NCBI GenBank assembly: GCA_031556255.1
Contig: JAVBTI010000105.1
Coordinates: forward strand, 2,180-66,179
DNA from: Deferribacterales bacterium
Lineage (GTDB): Bacteria > Chrysiogenota > Deferribacteres > Deferribacterales > JAISNW01
DNA length: 64,000 nucleotides
Direction of reading: 5' to 3'
This document shows positions 28,585 through 38,927 of this stretch, one piece after another. The translations under genes and the position numbers were made by a program. Each line of letters opens with the position of its first letter. Within the stretch, counting starts at the first letter, position 1. The notes under the pieces are model-generated. The model made no database searches. It was not told where the DNA came from and was given only the letters and a program-made list of their open reading frames with translations.

Positions 28585-30429
28585 ATGTCTTTATTTGATG
28601 TAATTGTAATAGGTGCTGGCCATGCGGGTATAGAGGCGGCGTTGGCAGCGGCGCGCATGGGGGCGAAAGTGCTCATGCTCACAGGCAGCCTGGACAGCGT
28701 CGGCCTTATGAGTTGCAACCCTGCAATAGGCGGTCTTGCAAAAGGAAATCTAGTAAAAGATATCGATGCCCTCGGCGGCGAGATGGCAAAGTGTATTGAT
28801 GCCACTGGGATACAATTTCGCATTTTAAACCGACGTAAAGGTGCAGCCGTCCGCTCAAGCCGGGCCCAGGCAGATAAAAAGCTTTATAAGGAAAGGATGC
28901 TCCGCACTGTTTTGGAACAAAACGGTCTTACTCTTTTTCAGGTGTATGTGAACGGCCTGATTGTAAAAAATAATCAGGTAAAAGGTGTGCGCACACAGAT
29001 CGGCAAAGAGTTCTATGCGCCGAAGGTCGTCCTTGCGGCAGGAACATTTCTTCGCGGCGTGCTCTTTGTGGGGACGGATAGCTACCCCGGCGGCAGGATG
29101 AACGAACTGCCAGGACTTGGGGTGTCGGACAAATTGATCTCTCTCGGTTTTGATGTGAGACGGTTTCGCACTGACACCACTCCCCGCGTCCATGTGAATA
29201 GCATCAATACGGAAGGACTTGAAACGGTGTCGAGTGATGACCCGATTACTCCCTTCTCATTTGAAACCGAATCTGTGCCGCTGCAGCAGATCGATTGCCA
29301 TGTCACGTACACAAACAAAGAGACGCATGGTGCAATCCGGGAAGGGGCGAAAAAAAGTGCGCGTTTTGACGGCACAATCCACAGCCTCGGCCCTCGTTAC
29401 TGCCCGTCGATAGAAGACAAGGTGATCCGCTTTTCCGAACGGGAGCGGCACCAGATAATAATAGAGAGAGAGGGGCTCGATTCCAAAGAGGTTTACCTCA
29501 ACGGCATGACCACCTCGCTGCCTTTTGACACCCAGGTTGCCATGCTGCGTACCATGAAGGGGCTTGAAAGTGCTGAAATTGTCCGCCCAGGATACGCCGT
29601 GGAGTATGATTATATCGCGCCCACGGAGTTGAAGCATACACTTGAGACCAAACGGGTTTCCGGACTTTACTTCGCCGGGCAGATTAACGGCACAAGCGGT
29701 TATGAAGAGGCAGGGTGCCAGGGTCTTGTGGCGGGCATCAACGCTGTGCTGGCGCTGGACGGTAAAGATCCGTTCATACTTTCCCGCAGCGACAGCTATA
29801 TCGGGGTGCTTCTCGACGACCTTGTCACAAAGGGCACGGACGAGCCGTACAGGATGTTTTCCTCACGGGGAGAATACCGCTTGGTTTTGCGTGAAGACAA
29901 TGCAGAGTATCGGCTTTTGGAAAAAGGATATGCTTTCGGTTTAATCAGTAAGGCAAGGCGCGAACGGTTTATCGCCGAAAAGGGAGAGGTGGAAAAAGAG
30001 ATGGAACGCCTTAAGTCCACTTTAATTTCCCCGCAAAATCACGGCGGGGTTCTGGCAAAACTTGGTGTGGATATATCCCAGCAGTTAAGTGCGGAGCAGC
30101 TTTTGCGCAGAAATGAAGTAAGCTACGGCGATATTAAAGAGTTGGTTGGGGGGAGCGACCTTGCCCGCGTGGGGGAAGAGGTTGAAATAATGGTGAAGTA
30201 TGACGGTTACATTCAAAAACAGAATCAGGAGATAGCAAAAAAAGACCTTCTGGAGCATGTACGCATCCCTGAAAAAATAAATTATAACGAGATCAAGGGG
30301 TTGCGCAGGGAACATGTGGAAAAACTTAATAATGTGCGTCCAACTACACTCGCACAGGCGGAAAGAATCCCCGGCATCACTCCTGCCGCCGTGTCGCTTC
30401 TGAGGATCTATATAGATAAAAACAGATAA
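28585..30429 (+). CDS. mnmG: tRNA uridine 5-carboxymethylaminomethyl modification enzyme MnmG (GidA)
   Basis: 614 aa. FAD motif [50 protein letters not shown]. Confidence 0.97.
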   Translation: MSLFDVIVIGAGHAGIEAALAAARMGAKVLMLTGSLDSVGLMSCNPAIGGLAKGNLVKDIDALGGEMAKCIDATGIQFRILNRRKGAAVRSSRAQADKKLYKERMLRTVLEQNGLTLFQVYVNGLIVKNNQVKGVRTQIGKEFYAPKVVLAAGTFLRGVLFVGTDSYPGGRMNELPGLGVSDKLISLGFDVRRFRTDTTPRVHVNSINTEGLETVSSDDPITPFSFETESVPLQQIDCHVTYTNKETHGAIREGAKKSARFDGTIHSLGPRYCPSIEDKVIRFSERERHQIIIEREGLDSKEVYLNGMTTSLPFDTQVAMLRTMKGLESAEIVRPGYAVEYDYIAPTELKHTLETKRVSGLYFAGQINGTSGYEEAGCQGLVAGINAVLALDGKDPFILSRSDSYIGVLLDDLVTKGTDEPYRMFSSRGEYRLVLREDNAEYRLLEKGYAFGLISKARRERFIAEKGEVEKEMERLKSTLISPQNHGGVLAKLGVDISQQLSAEQLLRRNEVSYGDIKELVGGSDLARVGEEVEIMVKYDGYIQKQNQEIAKKDLLEHVRIPEKINYNEIKGLRREHVEKLNNVRPTTLAQAERIPGITPAAVSLLRIYIDKNR

Positions 30430-30434
30430 TATTT

Positions 30435-31025
30435 ATGATTGAACAATATATTAATATCAGCGGCGACGCGGCAAAAAAATTTGATCTGCTTTATGAACTG
30501 GTTACGAACAGTCCGGTCAACGTGACGGCAATTAAGGATAAAGAAGAGTTTTATTTAAAACATATTCTGGACAGCCTCTATTTTTTCACTAAGCATCCGC
30601 TGAAGATCAAATCCATTGCAGATATAGGCAGTGGCGGCGGCTTTCCGGGGCTGGCGCTGGCCATTTATTTTCAGGAGTGGCATGTTACGCTGGTGGACAG
30701 CATAGGTAAAAAATGCAGTTTTCTGGAGAGTGCGGCGAAGGGCCTGGGGCTCGGCAACGTGCGTGTTGTGAACGCCCGGGCGGAAAATATGCTCCCGGCA
30801 AAATTTGATCTGGTCACCGCCCGCGGTGTGGGAAGTGTAAAAGAACTCTTGAAATATACCACACATCTGGTGCATGATAAGGGTGCTTGGTTGATGTATA
30901 AAGGGGAGCGGCTGGGCGAGGAGCTCGCCGAAGCCGGGGCAGTCCTTGGCAGGAGAGGTATAAAAAGTGAAACGATACGCGTTGAAACTCCGTTTACAAG
31001 GTCTTATCTGTACCTTCATTATTAG
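30435..31025 (+). CDS. rsmG: 16S rRNA (guanine527-N7)-methyltransferase RsmG (GidB)
   Basis: 196 aa. SAM motif DIGSGGGFPGLALAI. Position immediately after mnmG. Confidence 0.9.
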   Translation: MIEQYINISGDAAKKFDLLYELVTNSPVNVTAIKDKEEFYLKHILDSLYFFTKHPLKIKSIADIGSGGGFPGLALAIYFQEWHVTLVDSIGKKCSFLESAAKGLGLGNVRVVNARAENMLPAKFDLVTARGVGSVKELLKYTTHLVHDKGAWLMYKGERLGEELAEAGAVLGRRGIKSETIRVETPFTRSYLYLHY

Positions 31026-32484
31026 CGCTATGTTTGTGGGCTGCGCCGGAACTACCGCCACCGCCCCGGAGAGCTATGAAGTTTTCAGCCCCCAGTATTA
31101 TATTCTGAAGAAGGTTGATAAATCCGATTATGAGAAGCTTAGAAAGCTGCAATTGTCAAAAAAACCGCAAACGGCCGCCGCGGCGGGGCTGATCCTCGGC
31201 ATGTATTATCTGCGCTATGATAACGACACGGCAAAAGCAGAGCCGTTGCTCGTGAGTAATTATAACAGCAAAGACCTTGATCCATATATGAAGCGCACCG
31301 GTGAACTGTGGCTCATGGAACTTGCGATAGCGAAAAAGCAGGGGGCTGAGGCAAGAAGCTGGGCGGAAAAGGTTCGCCTTGTTGTAAAAGAACAATCCAC
31401 TGATGAAGCGCTTCAGACATACTGCACCGTGATGCGGATATATCCCACCAGTTCAGGGCTCGGATATTACGGCTGCGTTGAAGAACGTTTAAAAGCGGTG
31501 TCCGGCAGCGAACAGCCCCCCGTTGTGGTGGAAACAAAACCCAAAGAAGTGCTGAAAGGCACGCTGAACATACTTGTCACCAGTGCCGCCGACCCGCAGG
31601 ATGTTAGCGGCGGCGTGTATTTCTACGCGAAAAAACACAACATGAACCATAAGATCCGCATGTCTAAAACATACCGCGAGGGGGACTGGGATTTCATTGT
31701 GGACATAGATAATGCTTACCTTGCCGGCCGGGGCTATTCTGTGGATTTTAAGCCGGATGTTTCCGGAATATTTGCAAATATGAAAGATTATGCCGCGCTT
31801 AATGAGTGCGGAAAAGTCCTCATAGGCTATGGTTCAGGGCTTCGTGAACAGGCGTATGCGCTGCTGAACATCCTTAAAAGTGAAATGCCGGATAATCCGG
31901 CGCCTGCAACGTCCGCAACTCCTGCCGCCAAACCTGGGCCGATGGCCAATGAAGTTGTCGGCGCGGTTGACATAAGCGACAGCGGGGCCGCGCGCAGGAT
32001 AAGGGAATATCTTGCCGACTGGGATCAGGTTCCTTATTGCGCAGTAGGTGCCGGAACGGAAGACGAACTTAATAATTTCACCCCCAGCGTCAAGCAATAT
32101 ATTCTCCACCCGGACAGCCAGCGGATATTTATGATAGAGACGGTGGACACCGGCAAGCACTACACAAGAGACTATTTGGCCTATTACGCCAGCACCTATC
32201 TTTTTCCTGTGATAGATCTGAGCCTGGACCCCGGTATGGATGAATTTGCTGCGGAATACAGGGATTTCTCCGGCAGGGATCTGACTTATGAAGCGCTTAT
32301 GGGCTACGATATGATGCACTATATATATATGCAGACGCCGGAAGGGAAAGATGTGGTGGAGCCATATCTCACCAATATTATAGGGTTTGATGATAACAAG
32401 GCTGTGCGTGCCGTGCGTGCGTTTTATATAAACAGCAGAGGTACTGCGGAGCCCGTCGTTATTGAAGCGGATCTTGAACAGTGA
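30967..32484 (+). CDS. Hypothetical lipoprotein (505 aa)
   Basis: Signal MKRYALKLRLQGLICTFIISAMFVGC (lipobox FVGC). I recognise no family. The 5' end overlaps rsmG by 59 nt. Confidence 0.55.
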   Translation: MKRYALKLRLQGLICTFIISAMFVGCAGTTATAPESYEVFSPQYYILKKVDKSDYEKLRKLQLSKKPQTAAAAGLILGMYYLRYDNDTAKAEPLLVSNYNSKDLDPYMKRTGELWLMELAIAKKQGAEARSWAEKVRLVVKEQSTDEALQTYCTVMRIYPTSSGLGYYGCVEERLKAVSGSEQPPVVVETKPKEVLKGTLNILVTSAADPQDVSGGVYFYAKKHNMNHKIRMSKTYREGDWDFIVDIDNAYLAGRGYSVDFKPDVSGIFANMKDYAALNECGKVLIGYGSGLREQAYALLNILKSEMPDNPAPATSATPAAKPGPMANEVVGAVDISDSGAARRIREYLADWDQVPYCAVGAGTEDELNNFTPSVKQYILHPDSQRIFMIETVDTGKHYTRDYLAYYASTYLFPVIDLSLDPGMDEFAAEYRDFSGRDLTYEALMGYDMMHYIYMQTPEGKDVVEPYLTNIIGFDDNKAVRAVRAFYINSRGTAEPVVIEADLEQ

Positions 32485-32548
32485 TTTAATTGCATATTTA
32501 GAAGTGATGTGCTATTGTGTCCGCTCAAAAACAAAAATGGAGAAAGTT

Positions 32549-32962
32549 ATGGAAAGAACATTCGGAATCGTCAAGCCTGACGCAGTTGCAGCGGGGAACA
32601 TGGGAAAAATCCTGGATATTATAGAAGCGAACGGGTTCAAAGTTGCCGGGCTCAAAAAGATACATATGAGCAAAAAAACCGCCCAGCAATTTTATGCGGT
32701 TCATAAAGAACGTCCGTTTTATGATGACCTGACCACCTTTATGAGTTCGAACCCATGTGTCGTTATGGTGTTGGAAAAGGAGAACGCGATTAAAGCGTGG
32801 AGGGATCTCATGGGGGCGACAAACCCTGCTGCGGCCGCTGAAGGTACGCTCCGCAAACAATTTGGAAAGTCTATAGACCATAACGCGGTGCATGGATCCG
32901 ATGCGCCGGAGACCGCAGCGCAGGAAGTGGCGTTCTTCTTTGCCGGAATGGAATTAGTGTAA
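32549..32962 (+). CDS. ndk: Nucleoside diphosphate kinase
   Basis: Start at MERTFGIVKPDAV, with GGAGAAAG upstream. Active site NAVHGSD. 137 aa. The ORF-track start at 32462 is an upstream extension. Confidence 0.95.
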   Translation: MERTFGIVKPDAVAAGNMGKILDIIEANGFKVAGLKKIHMSKKTAQQFYAVHKERPFYDDLTTFMSSNPCVVMVLEKENAIKAWRDLMGATNPAAAAEGTLRKQFGKSIDHNAVHGSDAPETAAQEVAFFFAGMELV

Positions 32963-32969
32963 ACATTTT

Positions 32970-34340
32970 ATGGAATACTTCAGCACGCGCGGACAGGTAT
33001 CTGGTTTAAAATTTCAGGATGCAGTTATGATGGGCATGGCGGAGGACGGCGGCCTGCTGCTTCCGTCGAAATGTCCGCAGATCGACCTTACGAAAGCGCG
33101 GAGTATGAAATATTCCGAACTTGCTTTTGAGATTATAAAGCATTTTACAGACGATATTCCCGCCGCGGAACTAAAAGGCATCATCGAAAAAAGCTACAAA
33201 ACGTTTGAAAATCCGGAAGTGGTGCCGGTGGTGAAAACTGCCGGGTGCTACCTCGCGGAACTTTTCCACGGGCCGACCTTCGCTTTTAAAGACATTGCTC
33301 TTCAGCTTCTGGGGAACCTGTTCGAATATATACTTACGAAAAGCGGCAAAGAATTGAATATCCTGGGCGCGACGAGCGGCGACACGGGCAGTGCCGCGAT
33401 ATACGGCGTGCGGGGAAAGAAAAATATCCGCATTGTCATTCTGTATCCTCAGGGGCGGGTCAGCCCCATACAGGAGATGCAGATGACCTCTGTTGCTGAC
33501 GGCAATGTACATACATTTGCAGTTAAAGGAACCTTTGACGATTGCCAGAACCTCGTAAAATCGATGTTCGCCGATCTTGAATTTAAGCAAAAATACAGTC
33601 TGGGCGCGGTCAACTCCATAAACTGGGCACGTATAATGGCGCAGATAGTCTATTATTTCCATACCTATCTTCAACTGCCTGAGGGGAAAGCCGTAAACTT
33701 TGTGGTGCCCACCGGCAATTTCGGTAATATCTTCGCCGGGTACTGCGCTAAAATGATGGGGCTGAATATAGACAAACTTGTGCTCGCCACTAATTCCAAC
33801 GATATTCTGCACCGGTTTATCTCAAAAGGCGATTACAGCCTGAAAGACGTGGTTCCTACACACAGCCCTTCTATGGATATTCAGATTTCATCAAACCTGG
33901 AACGCTATCTATACTATCTGTACGGCTCGTCCGGTGCACTCAATAAAGCAATGGCCACACTGAAAAGTGAGAAAAAGATCCCCTTTACCGCGGAAGAAAT
34001 AAAGCGCGTGCAGTCGGAGTTCCTTTCATACGCAGTGGACAATGCCGCTACCGAGGAGGCTATCGCCCGCCTGTATCAGAAAAGCGGCTATGTAATGGAT
34101 CCCCACACAGCCTGCGGCGTGGAGGCAGCGTACCGCCTGAACCTCGATCCTGAAAGTACTTTAGTTCTTGCGACCGCCCATCCGGCTAAATTTCCTGATG
34201 TTATTAATAAAGTGCTGGGTTTCTATCCGACCGAGCCGGCCGGCATAGCAAAGCTGCACGATATGACGATGCGCGCCACCCCGGTTTCCGGCGACCCGGA
34301 TACGGTTCGCAAGGCGCTGGTGGCTGCAATACAAGCCTGA
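32970..34340 (+). CDS. thrC: Threonine synthase (long form)
   Basis: 456 aa. ELFHGPTFAFKD (PLP lysine) matches E. coli LFHGPTLAFKD. GATSGDTGSAA is also present. Confidence 0.9.
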   Translation: MEYFSTRGQVSGLKFQDAVMMGMAEDGGLLLPSKCPQIDLTKARSMKYSELAFEIIKHFTDDIPAAELKGIIEKSYKTFENPEVVPVVKTAGCYLAELFHGPTFAFKDIALQLLGNLFEYILTKSGKELNILGATSGDTGSAAIYGVRGKKNIRIVILYPQGRVSPIQEMQMTSVADGNVHTFAVKGTFDDCQNLVKSMFADLEFKQKYSLGAVNSINWARIMAQIVYYFHTYLQLPEGKAVNFVVPTGNFGNIFAGYCAKMMGLNIDKLVLATNSNDILHRFISKGDYSLKDVVPTHSPSMDIQISSNLERYLYYLYGSSGALNKAMATLKSEKKIPFTAEEIKRVQSEFLSYAVDNAATEEAIARLYQKSGYVMDPHTACGVEAAYRLNLDPESTLVLATAHPAKFPDVINKVLGFYPTEPAGIAKLHDMTMRATPVSGDPDTVRKALVAAIQA

Positions 34341-35362
34341 TGCTGGACGACATATCTTTTTACGATTACTTTCTGCCGGATGAGCTAATTGCCCAGTATC
34401 CTCCTGAAAAAAGGGGGGCTTCCAGACTGCTTGTGGCTGAAAAAACTACAGGCTCGCTGGAAGACCATATTTTTCCTGATATTTTAAATCTTCTGGACGA
34501 GAAATTTTTTTTGGTTATGAATGACACCCGAGTTGTGCCGGCGCGGCTTCCCGCTGTGAAAACCACCGGCGGCAGGGCGGAAGTTTTCTATCTGCGTGGC
34601 TTAGGGGATCATAGCTTTTTAGCGCTGGTGAAAGGAAAACACCGGACGAACGATAAACTTTTTGTGGCGGACAATGTTAGTATCACGCTGGAAGGGCAGG
34701 ACGGCGAAGGCAGTTGGTTCGTTTCATCGGATATGGATGTTGAAACCCTCCTGAACAGTTACGGCAAAATACCCTTGCCTCCGTATATAGCCCGTGCGGC
34801 CGATGAGAATGATGCGGAGCGCTATCAGACGGTTTACGCGAAATACTCCGGGTCAGTCGCTGCTCCTACTGCGGGATTGCATTTCACAGATGAGCTTTTA
34901 GACGCTCTGGAGAAAAATGGTGTTCCCTCAGTGAGGGTGACGCTGCATGTGGGAATAGGGACTTTCCGCCCGATCAAGACGGACAGCCTGTCGGCGCATA
35001 AAATGCACAGTGAATATTATCATATCAGCGGTGATGCGGCGGCACGAATCAATGGATACAAGCGGGCAGGACGGAAGCTGATCGCTGTGGGGACGACGAC
35101 CGTTCGTACATTGGAATCTGCGGCAGACAGCACCGGAATGATCCACCCGGGGGATGGTGAGTCGGATTTATTTATCCGTCCGGGGTATAAATTCAAAGCC
35201 GTTGACGGTATAATCACCAACTTCCACCTGCCCAAATCCAGTCTTCTTGTGCTGGTGAGCGCCCTTCTTGGGTATGAAAACACCAAAAAAGCCTATGAGT
35301 ACGCTGTGGCGCAGAGGTATCGCTTTTTCAGCTATGGCGATGCTATGATGATCCGGCAGTAA
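34340..35362 (+). CDS. queA: S-adenosylmethionine:tRNA ribosyltransferase-isomerase
   Basis: 340 aa. YDYFLPDELIAQYP, SRLLV, PLPPYI, YQTVYA, GSVAAPTAGLHFT, AVGTTTVRTLES, FFSYGDAM. TGATG overlap with thrC. Confidence 0.95.
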   Translation: MLDDISFYDYFLPDELIAQYPPEKRGASRLLVAEKTTGSLEDHIFPDILNLLDEKFFLVMNDTRVVPARLPAVKTTGGRAEVFYLRGLGDHSFLALVKGKHRTNDKLFVADNVSITLEGQDGEGSWFVSSDMDVETLLNSYGKIPLPPYIARAADENDAERYQTVYAKYSGSVAAPTAGLHFTDELLDALEKNGVPSVRVTLHVGIGTFRPIKTDSLSAHKMHSEYYHISGDAAARINGYKRAGRKLIAVGTTTVRTLESAADSTGMIHPGDGESDLFIRPGYKFKAVDGIITNFHLPKSSLLVLVSALLGYENTKKAYEYAVAQRYRFFSYGDAMMIRQ

Positions 35363-35451
35363 CAGGTTTCATATCCGTAATTCTTTTTTACTTACCTTTT
35401 TGCAAATTCTAATTATACTATTAAATAAATAAAATTGCCGCGGAGGGTTGT

Positions 35452-36372
35452 ATGGACAGGCGTACTTATCTGAAATGGCAGGGGGCGATGTTTCTTACAG
35501 CCGCTGTGGACGGCCCTGGTGCTGTTTTTACTCAGGACAAACAGGTGGAAGTACTTCCTGACATCGCTGTAGCCAAGGGCAGTCCCGCGACAGCCACTCG
35601 TGCAGCCGTCAACGCCATCGGCGGTATGAGACGGTTCGTCAAACCAGGCCAGAAGGTGGTCATCAAACCGAACATGAGCTTCGCCCAAGGGCCGAACTCG
35701 GCTACCAACACCCATCCTGAAGTGGTGCGGGAAGTGCTTATCATGTGTAAAGAGGCAAGGGCAGGCCGTATCCGTGTGCTGGACCATTCCCTCCAAAATG
35801 CCGAGCAATCTCTTGAAAGATCAGGGATACGCGATGCCTGCAACAGCATAGAAAAAAATATATGCCACCATCTTATGGAGGAGAGCTTTTACGCCCGGGC
35901 TGCCATCCCTAATGGGGCCGAGATGAAAAGCAATCTTTTTATGAAAGATGTGCTGGATGCGGATGTGATAATAGCTGTTCCGGTGGCTAAGAGCCACAGC
36001 GGGGCGGGATGTAGCCTGTCGCTAAAAGGGCAGATGGGGCTGATTTACGACCGACGGATCATGCATTCCCGCTATAATCTGGCGGCGGCTATTGTTGACC
36101 TCAATACATTCATAAAGCCTCACCTTGCTGTGATTGACGCTACGAGGGTACTTACAACAAACGGCCCCAGCGGCCCCGGCAAAGTGATCGCGCCGGGGGA
36201 GGTTATTGCTTCCGCCGATGCTGTGGCGGCTGACGCTTTTGTTGTCTCTTCTTACGAATGGTACGGTCAGAAGGTGAAGCCGGAGCAGGCCGCATACCTT
36301 CGTATCGCCGATGAGCGGGGGCTCGGCAGGATCGATATCACCAACCTGAACTGTAAGCGGGTCACGGCATAA
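35452..36372 (+). CDS. DUF362 domain protein with a twin-arginine signal
   Basis: The N-terminus MDRRTYLKWQGAMFLTAAV is Tat-like (RRxYLK). The DUF362 core KPGQKVVIKPNMSFAQGP...THPEVVREV...AVPVAKSHS is present. Confidence 0.7.
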   Translation: MDRRTYLKWQGAMFLTAAVDGPGAVFTQDKQVEVLPDIAVAKGSPATATRAAVNAIGGMRRFVKPGQKVVIKPNMSFAQGPNSATNTHPEVVREVLIMCKEARAGRIRVLDHSLQNAEQSLERSGIRDACNSIEKNICHHLMEESFYARAAIPNGAEMKSNLFMKDVLDADVIIAVPVAKSHSGAGCSLSLKGQMGLIYDRRIMHSRYNLAAAIVDLNTFIKPHLAVIDATRVLTTNGPSGPGKVIAPGEVIASADAVAADAFVVSSYEWYGQKVKPEQAAYLRIADERGLGRIDITNLNCKRVTA

Positions 36373-38070
36373 ATGGCCGCCGCCAAAAGAAGCTTGCGGA
36401 ACCGCGCCAACCTGCTGAGACGCATAATTCAGGGCGCAGTGTTTTTTCTGCTCACCATTTTTCTGTGGTTCATGCCTCGGCTTCAAATGGGGGATATTTT
36501 CGTGCAGTTCGACCCGCTGGCGTCAGTGCTGATGCCTCTTGCCGCGCGGAATTTCCTGCCGGAGATGCTGCCGGGGTTGATTGCGGTTGTTTCCGCCTTC
36601 TTTTTCGGACGGATTTTTTGTGGCTATCTTTGTCCCATGGGTACGACCATAGATATGGCGGGTGCGGCGTTGCGGAAAGCTGCGAAGCCGGAGAGGAAAA
36701 ATCTTCCCGTGCGGCTGCATCATTTGAAATACGTCCTGCTCGCATTTGTATTGGGCGCGGCGTTACTCGGGGTGAACCTATTTTTCTGGCTGGCGCCATT
36801 GCCGCTGATAGCCCGGTTTTACGGAACTCTGGTCCAACCGTTTACGACGCTTATAGGCAATAAGTCCGTTGCAGTGGGACAGCCCGTTCTCGCTATGATG
36901 AACGCGGGTGAACTGGAATATCTGCAGATCGCTGTCCGCAGATTCGACGGCATATATTTCGTACTGTTTTTTTTCGGGGTTATTTTTCTGCTGGAGCTTG
37001 TGCGGCCACGGTTCTGGTGCCGGTATCTCTGCCCTGCGGGGGCGCTTCTGGGGTTATGTTCGCGGGCACCGCTCTGGCGGAGGAGGGTCAATAAATGTAC
37101 CCAATGCGGCACCTGCGCTAAGAAGTGTCCCACCGGGGCGATAGCGCCGGAAGGGGAGCCTGCTGCTCACGGAGAATGCCTGGCCTGCCGGACCTGCGTG
37201 GGTGCTTGTCCTGAGATGGGGGTGATTTTTGCTTTTAGAGGTAAAAAATCCCCCGCTTTCAGAGAAGAGTTGCCGTCGCGGCGGGCGTTCATGCTGGCGG
37301 CAGGGAGCGGTGCCGGGCTTGCTACCCTGGAATTCCTGGATTTGCGCACTTTCACAGGTTCGGGAAAAAAAGGATTTATATATCCGCTGTCCTTTGTCCG
37401 CCCTCCGGGAGCGCTGCCGGAAAGCGAATTCCTGGTCAGATGTTTGCGGTGCGGGCTGTGTATGAGGATATGTCTTACAAACGGACTGCAGCCCGCTACC
37501 TCCGCGAGAGGCACAAACTTAGGCGGTGAGTTTAGCCCGGTGCTTGCGGCAAGACATGGTCCGTGCGAACCGGATTGCAACCTGTGCGGAGTGGTTTGCC
37601 CCAGCGGCGCCATACGAGGGTTGACGCTGAATGAAAAACGCTGGGCAAAGATAGGCACCTCTGTGGTGACGCCGGGGCGGTGCATTGCGTGGAATAACAG
37701 CAAAAGCTGCGTGGTCTGCCAGGAGGTCTGCCCGTACGGTGCCGTGAAAATAGTGCCAAGGGAGCAGGCGGCAGCGCTGACCACGGGTATAGCCGGCTTG
37801 CAAATAACGGGAGGTTATCCTGTACCTGTGGTTAACGCGGAAAAATGTTTCGGCTGCGGCTACTGTGAGCAGCACTGTCCTGTGGAGATCCCGGCAATAG
37901 TATCGGAACCGCTGAACGCGCTGCGTATTTCGGAAGGATCGTATGAAGCGGCCGGGAAGGAGAGGGGGCTGCAACTCGAGGTTGTGGATAAATCTGCCAG
38001 AGCGCCGGAAGACCTGTTTCCCATGGATGAGTTGCCTGAGGGCACCCTTCCTCCGGGATTTACGGATTAA
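36373..38070 (+). CDS. NapH/MauN-like integral-membrane polyferredoxin
   Basis: 565 aa. Two CX3CP motifs flanked by TM helices (FCGYLCPMG, WCRYLCPAG). Cys groups CTQCGTCAKKCP, CLACRTCVGACP, CLRCGLCMRIC, CNLCGVVCP, CVVCQEVCP and CFGCGYCEQHCP. The ATG directly follows the DUF362 stop (TAAATG). Confidence 0.75.
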   Translation: MAAAKRSLRNRANLLRRIIQGAVFFLLTIFLWFMPRLQMGDIFVQFDPLASVLMPLAARNFLPEMLPGLIAVVSAFFFGRIFCGYLCPMGTTIDMAGAALRKAAKPERKNLPVRLHHLKYVLLAFVLGAALLGVNLFFWLAPLPLIARFYGTLVQPFTTLIGNKSVAVGQPVLAMMNAGELEYLQIAVRRFDGIYFVLFFFGVIFLLELVRPRFWCRYLCPAGALLGLCSRAPLWRRRVNKCTQCGTCAKKCPTGAIAPEGEPAAHGECLACRTCVGACPEMGVIFAFRGKKSPAFREELPSRRAFMLAAGSGAGLATLEFLDLRTFTGSGKKGFIYPLSFVRPPGALPESEFLVRCLRCGLCMRICLTNGLQPATSARGTNLGGEFSPVLAARHGPCEPDCNLCGVVCPSGAIRGLTLNEKRWAKIGTSVVTPGRCIAWNNSKSCVVCQEVCPYGAVKIVPREQAAALTTGIAGLQITGGYPVPVVNAEKCFGCGYCEQHCPVEIPAIVSEPLNALRISEGSYEAAGKERGLQLEVVDKSARAPEDLFPMDELPEGTLPPGFTD

Positions 38071-38666
38071 ATATCTTTTTCAAGTAAAGGTCTGATGAGC
38101 AGGCAGGCCCAGGCGTCTGTGGCGGCATAACGTAATTGAGCCTCGGTAAGATTGGGACGTGCCCAGTTTGTTTTCTGGGCCGATTTTACTATTCTCTGGT
38201 GCAGGTAACGCGCAGAAAGCATCCGCAGGCTTGATTTCTGGTGCCCTTTGGCCCTGGCTATCTCACTTAAATCAACCATTGATTTCGGCGTGAAAGTCTT
38301 TTCCATCTTCATTTTACGGATATCGTCCTTTATACCCACCCCTATTTTTTCGACGGGGGACTCAAGAAAGCTGACCAGGCTGTCGTTAAAAGTGATGGAA
38401 CGGATCCTGATGATAAAAGCCTCAGCAGGTGTGGCAAGCTGAATGAGTGAGATGGGATAGTTTTGCCCTTTGGTGAATGAGGGGCGGCTTTCCGTGTCGA
38501 AACCGACGCACGGTTCACTCCGCAAGCGATCCAGAGCCCTGTCCAGTTCAGCAGGGGTGGAGATCAGGTGGATTGGCCCCCTGAAGGTCAGCACAGGCAG
38601 ATTGTTGATATATTCGGGGGTTAGCGTCGAGATTTCCGGCGCTGTTTCGCAGTTATTGTTCTCCAA
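38067..38666 (-). CDS. 3'-5' exonuclease domain protein (RNase D / DEDDy-like)
   Basis: 199 aa. Exo I VGFDTES. The C-terminal LRYAATDAWACLLI fits the Exo III Y-x3-D block. Confidence 0.7.
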   Translation of the reverse strand: MENNNCETAPEISTLTPEYINNLPVLTFRGPIHLISTPAELDRALDRLRSEPCVGFDTESRPSFTKGQNYPISLIQLATPAEAFIIRIRSITFNDSLVSFLESPVEKIGVGIKDDIRKMKMEKTFTPKSMVDLSEIARAKGHQKSSLRMLSARYLHQRIVKSAQKTNWARPNLTEAQLRYAATDAWACLLIRPLLEKDI

Positions 38667-38678
38667 GATTGAAAGACC

Positions 38679-38924
38679 CTACTGATCGCCTTTGTTTTTG
38701 TTATAAAATTCAAAAAGCGACACTACTTTATTTTTATCCGCCATAGGCGCCGCGAGCAGGTTTTCGTTCTTGATCATCTCAAAAACCTCTTTGCGGTGTA
38801 CGGATATCTCTTTTGGCGCCTCTATGCCGAGCTTCACGACCCGGTTTGTAACATCGATAATCTTGACTTCGATACTCTCGCCGACCATGATACTCTCATT
38901 TATTTTACGGGATAATATAAGCAT
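38679..38924 (-). CDS. csrA: Carbon storage regulator CsrA (FliW-partnered type)
   Basis: MLILSRKINESIMVG...VKLGIEAPKEISVHRKEV, plus a C-terminal extension. Immediately downstream of fliW. Confidence 0.95.
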   Translation of the reverse strand: MLILSRKINESIMVGESIEVKIIDVTNRVVKLGIEAPKEISVHRKEVFEMIKNENLLAAPMADKNKVVSLFEFYNKNKGDQ

Positions 38925-38927
38925 ATG

